A stretch of 64,000 nt of DNA, taken from Myxococcota bacterium. GTDB lineage: Bacteria; Myxococcota_A; UBA796; UBA2385. Every line of letters starts with the position of its first letter. Within the stretch, counting starts at the first letter, position 1. The stretch lies in the NCBI GenBank assembly GCA_044344255.1, contig JBIJDH010000010.1, positions 190,293 through 254,292 of the forward strand, in the 5' to 3' direction. The notes beneath the pieces are model-generated. The model saw only the letters and a list, made by a program, of their open reading frames with translations, was not told the DNA's origin and searched no databases. Both the position numbers and the translations under genes were made by a program. Below, piece by piece: positions 56,585 to 64,000 of the stretch.

Positions 56585-58069
56585 GTGGCCCTCGACCGAA
56601 ACATCCTCGCCCAGATCCAGCAGCGCCTCCAGTCCGAGCGCGGCGACACCTTCCGCCAGGGCGGGCCGCCCGTCGTGCTGCTCTACCCGAGCCCCTACCG
56701 GGCGGGGATGAGCTCGCTCGGCTTCCAGTGGGTGCTCACGCTGCTGCGCGAGGCGGGGATGTCGGCGGAGCGGGCCTTCCTGCCCGACGACACGGCCGCC
56801 TGGAAGAAGAGCCGCCACCCGCTCGTGAGCTACGAGACGCTCTCGCCGGTCGGCCACTTCCCGGTCATCGGGGTGAGCCTCGCTTACGAGCTCGAGCTGG
56901 CCGGCCTCGTCGAGGCGCTGGACCTCGCCGGCGTGCCCGTTCTGCGCCGAGACCGCGGCCCCGAGCACCCCCGCATCGTGCTGGGCGGGCCGCTCACCTT
57001 CTCGAACCCGCTGCCCGCCGCCCCCTTCGTCGACGCGATGCTGCTCGGCGAGGTGGAGGACACCGTGGTGGCCGCCTTCGAGGCCGCGCTCGAGCTCGAC
57101 CGAGAGGCCTTCCTCGACGCTGTGGAGCGCCTGCCCGGCGGCTACGTCCCCGAGCGGCACGGGAGCCGCCTGCCCGCCGTGGCCAAGGCGAGCGACGCCA
57201 CCCTCCCCGCCCGCGGCGCCATCCTCGCCCCCGAGGCCGAGCTGCGCGACATGTTCCTCATCGAGGGCGAGCGCGGCTGTCACCGCCAGTGCACCTTCTG
57301 CGTGATGCGCCGCAGCACGAACGGCGGCATGCGCCTCGTCACGCCGGACTCCATCCTCTCCTACGTGCCCGAGGGGGCGAAGCGGGTGGGCCTCGTCGGC
57401 GCCGCGATCTCGGACCACCCCGAGCTCGTCGGCCTGCTCCAGCGCCTCATCGACAGCGGCCGCGAGGTGGGCGTGAGCTCGCTCCGGGCCGACCGCGTGG
57501 CGCTCAAGCCCGACATCGCCCGCCTGCTGCGCGAAGGCGGCTACCAGACCCTCACCGTCGCCAGCGACGCCGCCAGCCAGCGGCTCCGGCGCACCCTCGC
57601 CAAGGGCACCACCGAGCAGCACCTGCTCACGGTGGCGGAGCGGGCGCGGGAGCACCGCTACAAGCTCGTCAAGGTCTACATGATGGTGGGCGTGCCCGAC
57701 GAGACCGACGCCGACATCGACGAGCTCATCCGCTTCACCCGCGAGATGGCGGCGATCCACCCCACCGCCCTCGGCATCGCCCCCTTCGTGCCGAAGCGGA
57801 ACACCCCCCTCGACACCGCGGACTTCGCGGGCGTCAAGGTCGTCGAAGACCGGCTCTCCCGGCTCACCGCCGGCCTGAAGGGCAAGGCCGAGATCCGCCC
57901 CACCTCGCCGAAGTGGGCCTGGGTGGAGGCCCGCCTCGCCCAGGGGGGCCCCGAGGCCGGGCTGGTCGCGCTGCAGGCGGCGCGGGCGGGCGGGAGCTTC
58001 TCGAGCTGGAAGCGCGCCTTCGCCGAGCTCGACCCCGCGACCGACGCCCCCTGGCGGGCCGCCTCCTGA
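56585..58069 (+). CDS. Radical SAM protein (B12-binding/YgiQ-like class)
   Basis: GMSSLG, YELE, ERGCHRQCTFC, SSLRAD, KVY.MVG.P.ET, FVPK..TP. Confidence 0.88.
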   Translation: MALDRNILAQIQQRLQSERGDTFRQGGPPVVLLYPSPYRAGMSSLGFQWVLTLLREAGMSAERAFLPDDTAAWKKSRHPLVSYETLSPVGHFPVIGVSLAYELELAGLVEALDLAGVPVLRRDRGPEHPRIVLGGPLTFSNPLPAAPFVDAMLLGEVEDTVVAAFEAALELDREAFLDAVERLPGGYVPERHGSRLPAVAKASDATLPARGAILAPEAELRDMFLIEGERGCHRQCTFCVMRRSTNGGMRLVTPDSILSYVPEGAKRVGLVGAAISDHPELVGLLQRLIDSGREVGVSSLRADRVALKPDIARLLREGGYQTLTVASDAASQRLRRTLAKGTTEQHLLTVAERAREHRYKLVKVYMMVGVPDETDADIDELIRFTREMAAIHPTALGIAPFVPKRNTPLDTADFAGVKVVEDRLSRLTAGLKGKAEIRPTSPKWAWVEARLAQGGPEAGLVALQAARAGGSFSSWKRAFAELDPATDAPWRAAS

Positions 58070-58100
58070 GCCGCCGGCCGACCCGTCACCGCGCGACCCG

Positions 58101-59222
58101 TCACCGTACGAGGCGGGGTGGCAGGTCGGAGAGGGTGGGGGCGCCGATGAGGGCCATGGCCTCGTCGAGCTCGGCGCGCAGGAGGCCGAGGATCCGCGCG
58201 GCCCCCGCCTCGCCGCCGAGGGCGAGCCCGTGGAGCACCGGCCGGCCGACGAGCACCGCCTGGGCGCCGAGGGCCAGGGCCTTCACCACGTCGGTGCCCC
58301 GCCGCACCCCGCCGTCGAGCAGCAGCGGCACGCGCCCCGCCACGGCCTCGGCGATGGCCGGCAGGGCGTCGATCGTGGCGGGGCTGTGGTCGAGCTGCCG
58401 CCCGCCGTGGTTCGAGACGATGAGGCCGTCCACGCCCGCCTCCACGGCGAGCCGGGCGTCGTCGTCGCGCAGCACCCCCTTCACGATCACGGGGAGGCGC
58501 GTGATCCCGCGCAGCCAGGCGATGTCATCCCAGGAGAGGGAGGGGTCGAGCAGGCGGTAGACATAGGCCGCGAGGCCCGAGCCGCCCGCCTCGGGGGGGA
58601 GCTCGCCGTGGCCCGCGCCGACGAGGTTCTCGGCCCGCAGCCCCGGCGGGAGGTGGAAGCCGCTGCGCTGGTCGGCCTCGCGGGCGCCGAGCACGGGGGC
58701 GTCGACGGTGACCACGAGGGCCCGACAGCCCGCCGCCTCCGCCCGCTCCACGAGGCCGCGGGTGGCGCCCCGATCGCGGTACACGTAGAGCTGGAACCAG
58801 ACCGGGCCCGTCGCCGCCGCCACCACCGCCTCGACCGGCGTGGTGGCCAGGGTGGAGAGCACGTAGACAGAGCCCGCCGCTCCGGCCGCCCGCACCGCCG
58901 CCAGCTCCCCCTCTGGGTGGGCGAGGCGCTGGAAGGCCATCGGGGCCACGAGCACCGGCCAGGGCAGGCGCTCGCCGAGCAGCGTCACCCCCATGTCTCG
59001 CCGAGAGACATCGACCAGCACGCGCGGATAGAGGCGGAGCCGGTCAAAGGCGCGCCGGTTCTCGGCGAGCGTGTGTTGATCTCGGGCCCCGCTCGCGAAG
59101 TAGCCCCAGGTGGCCGACGGGAGCCGCAGGGCCGCGAGGCGCTCGGCCTCCCCCGCCGAGAGGAAGCGGAGGTCGGCCCCGGAGGGCTCGACCAGCAGGG
59201 CATCAGCGACGAGGTGGGACAT
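58101..59222 (-). CDS. FMN-dependent alpha-hydroxy acid oxidase/dehydrogenase
   Basis: WFQLY, TVD.P, VKG, VSNHGGRQLD, DGG.RRG.DV.KA.ALGA. Confidence 0.95.
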   Translation of the reverse strand: MSHLVADALLVEPSGADLRFLSAGEAERLAALRLPSATWGYFASGARDQHTLAENRRAFDRLRLYPRVLVDVSRRDMGVTLLGERLPWPVLVAPMAFQRLAHPEGELAAVRAAGAAGSVYVLSTLATTPVEAVVAAATGPVWFQLYVYRDRGATRGLVERAEAAGCRALVVTVDAPVLGAREADQRSGFHLPPGLRAENLVGAGHGELPPEAGGSGLAAYVYRLLDPSLSWDDIAWLRGITRLPVIVKGVLRDDDARLAVEAGVDGLIVSNHGGRQLDHSPATIDALPAIAEAVAGRVPLLLDGGVRRGTDVVKALALGAQAVLVGRPVLHGLALGGEAGAARILGLLRAELDEAMALIGAPTLSDLPPRLVR

Positions 59223-59317
59223 CGGCGGGGCTCCGCGGGCGGGGGGCGCCCCTGGCGTGGGCAGACGGATGCGGACATTATCGGACCGAGGGGGTCCTTG
59301 TCAGCGGACCGACACCG

Positions 59318-61942
59318 ATGACTCATGCCAATCGTCGGGATAAGAGCGCTCTCCCGCCCGTGAGGTCTCCGTTGAGCTCGACCCGTCGCTCCTCCGCCGC
59401 TCGCAGCCGCCGCCGCCGCTCTCGGGGGTCGCGCTCCCCGGAGCCCCGGGCCACCGTTCAGCCCCGCCCCGCCGCTGGGCCGCCGGCCGCGCCCGGCGCC
59501 GCGCGGACGGCCTTTGACGCCGCCACCACCGCGGCCGCCTTCGCGGGGGCCCGCGTCAAGGACCTCCGCCACCAGGAGCTCCGCCCCGGCGGCCGCGCCA
59601 GCGTCACCCTCTTCGAGGCCGCCGAAGACGACACCCGCGCCCACCCCCGCTTCCGGGTCAGCGTGCCGCCGGCCGTCGATCCCGCGCCCCCCACCTTCTC
59701 CTTCGGAGCGGTCACGGTGGCGGACGCCGCGGCCTTCTCCGCCTGGCTCGACGCCGCCCTCATCGAGGCCGCGCCGCGCTTTACCCACGAGGCCCCTGCG
59801 GGCGCCGAGAGCCCCCGCCACGCCGCGCTGTCGGTCAGCGCCCAGCGAAAAGAAACCTTCTTCCTCGCCGCGCGGGCGGTGATCGAGCGCCTACCCCCGG
59901 CGGAGCGCCTGGCCGCCCTCCGCGCTCTCCGCCGCGCCGAAGACGCCACCTACGCCGGTGACCTGCGCTTTGATGACGTCGACACCGGCACCTACCACAG
60001 CTTCCAGCACGACGCGCCCTTTGTGCACTACCTCGAGCGCCTGCTCGCCTCGCTGCCCGAAGAGGAGAGCCCCGCCTGGGGCCTGATCGACGCCAACCAG
60101 CAGCAGTCGGTGCGCCGCCAGCGGGAGCAGGCCCAGAACCACCTCGACCACCTGATGCGCCACAAGTACGCCGCCGAGGGCATCACTGAGACGGACATCG
60201 AGCGCACCCTCGGGGGCTTCCTCATCGACCGCGAGACACGCCGCATCGTCTCCGAGACGGCAGACAGCCAGAGCGGCCTCGTGCCCCGCTACGAGCGCCT
60301 TCGGGTCGATCCGCGCGCCGATCACCCGCTCGCTGGCCAGGCCGTCTACCGCAGCGGCGATCGCCTCCACACGGACGGTGATCACGCCGTGGTCAAGGTC
60401 GCCCCGGAGCTCGTGCGCGCCACCCCGGTCGAGGCCGAGCGCCTCTCCTTCCGCCGCGCCCCCGGCGACCCCCACCTCCGCCCCGACGTGCGCTTCGACT
60501 GGAACGGCGACGGCTACGTGCAGCCCGAGCCCATCGGCTGGGTCGGCTGGGCCGGGCACTGCGACATCAAGGCGATCATGGAGTCGACCGGCATCACCCT
60601 CTCCAACGACCCCTCCGTCACCGAGCACCGCACCGACACCGGCCTCACCACCGTCTATGATCGAGACCTGCTCACCGAGATGGTGGCGAGCGCCTTCGAG
60701 CTCGGCTCTGTCTACGATCGGGCCGACGGCAGCGGCACCGTCGTCCGCGGCATCCACCGCTTCGGCGGGGCCCGCAACGACAGCCACCCCGATCGCCTGC
60801 AGTTCCAGGGCACCGGGGGCACCGGCCGGAGCTTCCGCTGGCCGCTCGGCGGGCGCCAGGAGGCCTTCCGTGTCGTCCGCCTCCGCGCCGACGGCCAAGA
60901 CCTCGATCTGAACACCGTCTTCTACCGCAACATCGCAGACCCTCACCACACCGACTTCGCGCCGAACCCGCGGTACCAGAAGACGATCGAGGGCGACTAC
61001 AGCCTCCTCGACGTCGCCGGCACCCTGATCGAGGCCGACATCCTCGAGGACAGCTTCGACTCCACGAGCGGCTATCCCCGCACCGAGGAGCGGCGGATCT
61101 CCTTCGACCTCGGCCCGAACCCCTCCGAGGCGCGCTATCACCTCGGCACCGCCCTCAAGGACGCCGCCGCCCGCGAGGTCTACTCGGTCACCCTCGACCG
61201 CGCGAAGTCCGAGATCGAGGCGCAGGTCCTCCGCTATGAGCGCGGCGCCGAGGGCTGGGCCCCGCGCGCGATCACCGAACAGACGGTGCGCATCCCCCTG
61301 CAGCGCCCGCTGACGGTCACCCTCAGCCGCGAGATGAAGCGCGACGACCCTGCGCTCTTCCAGGAGATCCTGGCCCTCCCACTCCGGAAGGCCGAGAACA
61401 TCTGCGTCGACACCGACATGAAGGCCGAGGTCTGGAACGGCGTGGTCACGCGCCTCCACGCCGCTCGCGTCCAAGAAGACCCCTCGCGCGGCGTCGAGCG
61501 CTGGCGCCTGCACGTGACCGCCCGCTTCGGCGAGGCCACCCTCGAGTACCTGCTGCGGCGCGGCCCCGACGGCGAGCCCGTCGGCTGGGCGGTCGCCCAA
61601 AGCGAGGATGGGTGGGGGCGGGCGCCCGACTTCTTCTGGCAGGACCTCCCGGACGTGGGCAGCAAGGCCTTCGAGGACGGGGAGTGGGTGATCAACAGCA
61701 CGATGCTCGAGCGGGGCATCGTCGCGCGGCGGGTGGTCCCCTTCGCGCAGGGCGGCGTCTATGTCGAAGATGATCACATCAAGAACCTCTTCGAGCTCAT
61801 CTGGTGCGGCCTCGCGGGGCGCGCCTGGACCGTGGTGCACCAGAACAAACGTTACGCCTTCGCCGACGAGGCCGCCTGGGGCGCAGCCGTCGCCGAGCTC
61901 ACCCGGCTCCGCGAGGCCGCCCTGGCCGAGCTCCCAGCGTAA
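59318..61942 (+). CDS. Large hypothetical protein, possibly transglutaminase-elicitor-like
   Basis: 874-aa ORF with genome-typical codons; DWNGDGYV loop, WAGHCD and EVWN motifs; start uncertain. Confidence 0.7.
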   Translation: MTHANRRDKSALPPVRSPLSSTRRSSAARSRRRRSRGSRSPEPRATVQPRPAAGPPAAPGAARTAFDAATTAAAFAGARVKDLRHQELRPGGRASVTLFEAAEDDTRAHPRFRVSVPPAVDPAPPTFSFGAVTVADAAAFSAWLDAALIEAAPRFTHEAPAGAESPRHAALSVSAQRKETFFLAARAVIERLPPAERLAALRALRRAEDATYAGDLRFDDVDTGTYHSFQHDAPFVHYLERLLASLPEEESPAWGLIDANQQQSVRRQREQAQNHLDHLMRHKYAAEGITETDIERTLGGFLIDRETRRIVSETADSQSGLVPRYERLRVDPRADHPLAGQAVYRSGDRLHTDGDHAVVKVAPELVRATPVEAERLSFRRAPGDPHLRPDVRFDWNGDGYVQPEPIGWVGWAGHCDIKAIMESTGITLSNDPSVTEHRTDTGLTTVYDRDLLTEMVASAFELGSVYDRADGSGTVVRGIHRFGGARNDSHPDRLQFQGTGGTGRSFRWPLGGRQEAFRVVRLRADGQDLDLNTVFYRNIADPHHTDFAPNPRYQKTIEGDYSLLDVAGTLIEADILEDSFDSTSGYPRTEERRISFDLGPNPSEARYHLGTALKDAAAREVYSVTLDRAKSEIEAQVLRYERGAEGWAPRAITEQTVRIPLQRPLTVTLSREMKRDDPALFQEILALPLRKAENICVDTDMKAEVWNGVVTRLHAARVQEDPSRGVERWRLHVTARFGEATLEYLLRRGPDGEPVGWAVAQSEDGWGRAPDFFWQDLPDVGSKAFEDGEWVINSTMLERGIVARRVVPFAQGGVYVEDDHIKNLFELIWCGLAGRAWTVVHQNKRYAFADEAAWGAAVAELTRLREAALAELPA

Positions 61943-62141
61943 GGGCGGTCTCCCGCCGCGCGATCTCCTGGCAGCCGCGCTCCCCCACGCGATGCGAATC
62001 GGCGCTCCAGCGTGACCCGCAGGTGTTAAGATCCGGCTGTCGGAGTCCGTTAGGACCCCATCCGTCGCTCACCCGAAGCCCCCCTCCGGGTGAGCTCAAC
62101 TCCCCTCCCTCCCATTCATTCTTGTGGTCCGAGGCCTGAAG

Positions 62142-63158
62142 ATGTACGAATATCCCCCATCTTCTCCCTCCATTGGCTCGGTCAAGGGCGCCACCGGCCG
62201 TTCGGCGCCCTACATCCCGAGCCCCTTGCCCGAGGCCACGAGCGGGTCGCCCAACCCGGCCTCGCCTGCCCTCACCCAACAGGCGGTCAAGCCCACCGCT
62301 GCCGTCCGCGGTGACGTCGTGGTCGAGCTCTCGCCGGCCGCCAAGGGCCTCCTCGTCCAGCGGGCCGGCCGCGCCGCCGATCGCGCCGAGCAGGCTCGCC
62401 TCAACGCCTCGGTCCAGAAGGCGGACAAGGAGCCCGAGGAGCAGAAGCCGGTGATCTCGGTGCCCGAGGCCAACGCCCTCGGCCTCTCGCGCGACGAGGT
62501 CGCCGAGGTGATGCGCTTGCGCAGCCTTGACTCCTCCGTGCGCACCGAAGAGTTCGGCCACGTCGCCGCCGCCGCCGGCTACGCCAACTCGCCGCTCTTC
62601 ACCTTCGAGATGGGCCCCGACGGGCGCCGCTACGTGGTCAACGGCTCGGTCCCCTTTGACACCAGCCCCGCCGACAGCCCCGAGGCGACGATCGCCAAGG
62701 CCCAGCAGATCCGCAACGCCTCCGCCGGCGGCGCCGAGCGCACCCCCGCCGAGCGTCAGGCCGCCGCCGCCGCCACCCGGATGGAGCTCTTCGCCCGTCA
62801 GGAGCTCGCGATCCGGCAGATCGAGGCCGCCCGCAGCGAGGCCACCACCGGGCAGACCCCGGTAGAGCTCTCCCTCCCCGTCGTCAAGCTGACCGAGGTC
62901 GCCGAGGTCAAGCTCATCGACCCCGCCCTCGAGTCCGAGGCCCGCGCCGCCCTCCAGGCCGAGCAAGCCGCCCGCGCCGAGGTCGCCAAGGTCGCCCTGC
63001 CCGGCATCCCGCACATCTCCCTGCCGGGCTTCAGCTCCACCCCCGCCGCTGAGGAGGAGGAGGGCCTCACCGAGGCCGCCGGACGCAGCTCGGGCGCCTA
63101 CGCCTCCACCGCCGACTCCACCGTCACCGAGCTCAGCGGCAGCCTCAGCGTGGCCTGA
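62142..63158 (+). CDS. SprA-related family protein
   Basis: L...D..VR...H, GPDG.RY...G.V..DTS....PEATI.KA..I..A. Confidence 0.75.
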   Translation: MYEYPPSSPSIGSVKGATGRSAPYIPSPLPEATSGSPNPASPALTQQAVKPTAAVRGDVVVELSPAAKGLLVQRAGRAADRAEQARLNASVQKADKEPEEQKPVISVPEANALGLSRDEVAEVMRLRSLDSSVRTEEFGHVAAAAGYANSPLFTFEMGPDGRRYVVNGSVPFDTSPADSPEATIAKAQQIRNASAGGAERTPAERQAAAAATRMELFARQELAIRQIEAARSEATTGQTPVELSLPVVKLTEVAEVKLIDPALESEARAALQAEQAARAEVAKVALPGIPHISLPGFSSTPAAEEEEGLTEAAGRSSGAYASTADSTVTELSGSLSVA

Positions 63159-63232
63159 GGCCTACCGGAGCTCGCCTCCACGGGGTGCCTCGCCCTGGCT
63201 ACGTCGATGACGACGGGCTAATGGGCCGACGG

Positions 63233-63309
<77 letters not shown>

Positions 63310-63555
63310 CCTTCTTGGCGGCTCGGTGGAGCGGCCGCTCCCTGGACGGGAGGGACCGGAGCGGGCGCGGCGTGAGCGCGATGATGGGTGGGTTCGTGCC
63401 CGCGTCGTGGGCAGGCTCTTCGACGGGTTCGAACCCAACCGCTTCCGTCGTTTCGACGACGTGCTGCAGCTCCGCGTCCCCACCCCCGAGCTGATCCACC
63501 CGCGCCACGCGCTACCTGCTTGCCCGCTCTCGGGCCGGGCAATATCCGAGATGCC

Positions 63556-64000
63556 ATGACAACCCGCGACCAGTGGCGAAAGCTCTTCCGGGCCTATGAC
63601 CCTTGGGAACCCGCGCGGGACCCGCGCATTCGCCAGCCGCGGCCTCACTCCCCCGTGCCGGAGCTGAACGACTGGCTCGGCGGCTTCGACCTCTGCCACG
63701 CCCTCCTGATCGGCGCACCGGGCACCGGCAAGACGACCGAGCTCTACGCCCTGATGGCCGCCCAGGCACCTTTACGCCGTGTGGTCTACCTCGACGTGCA
63801 GGCCAACCTCGCCGAGCGCGGGGGCGACCCTTCGGCCCTCGACCGCCTCGAGCCCTGGGAGCTGCTGGTGGTACTTGGTCTCGCGCTGGTGGAGTCCAGC
63901 CGGCAGCTCGGATTCCGTCTCGGACCAGAGGTCGCGCGCTTCGATACAGCGGCGCGGGCTCTGCTGCCCGAGGTTGCGGCCGGGGGCTTCAGCGCCTCTT
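63556..64000 (+). CDS. P-loop ATPase, 5' part (runs off the window)
   Basis: MTTRDQWRKLF...LLIGAPGTGKTTEL; open to the window end, so not in the ORF track. Confidence 0.75.
   Translation, partial: MTTRDQWRKLFRAYDPWEPARDPRIRQPRPHSPVPELNDWLGGFDLCHALLIGAPGTGKTTELYALMAAQAPLRRVVYLDVQANLAERGGDPSALDRLEPWELLVVLGLALVESSRQLGFRLGPEVARFDTAARALLPEVAAGGFSAS

Noticed and set aside
58080..58106. Short direct repeat gacccgtcaccg between convergent genes
   Set aside because: Only two 12-bp copies; likely a local duplication with no sign of a mobile element.

Overview
A very GC-rich (by eye about 70%+) bacterial chromosomal window, most consistent with a Myxococcota/deltaproteobacterial genome (many lipoproteins, Ser/Thr kinase-AAA fusion, FHA-winged-helix regulator, Uma2 nucleases). 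The taxon is an inference. Core genes: ppa, hemH, rpsO-pnp-dut, an RluA-family synthase, a PilB/GspE ATPase and tRNA-Arg(TCT). Accessory content includes: a decayed HTH plus cytosine methyltransferase islet (about 3.1-4.4 kb); cyanophycin synthetase cphA coupled to a Mur-ligase-only paralog, with a 78-bp duplicate of the cphA promoter/start; and a kinase coupled to a RoxA-like diheme enzyme. An island of exported proteins at about 33-41 kb carries three copies of a 16-bp palindrome, TC(C/A)CCCGTTCGGG(G/T)GA, each exactly 23 nt before a -10-like TA hexamer, and ends at a LuxR-family regulator; this is a candidate undescribed regulon. Also present: an RlmD homolog with its catalytic Cys and Glu replaced, a small cytochrome/beta-barrel cluster, two 21-bp tandem arrays and several gene remnants. 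No CRISPR array, rRNA, integrase or transposase was recognised. All calls come from motif recognition by eye, with no database searches.
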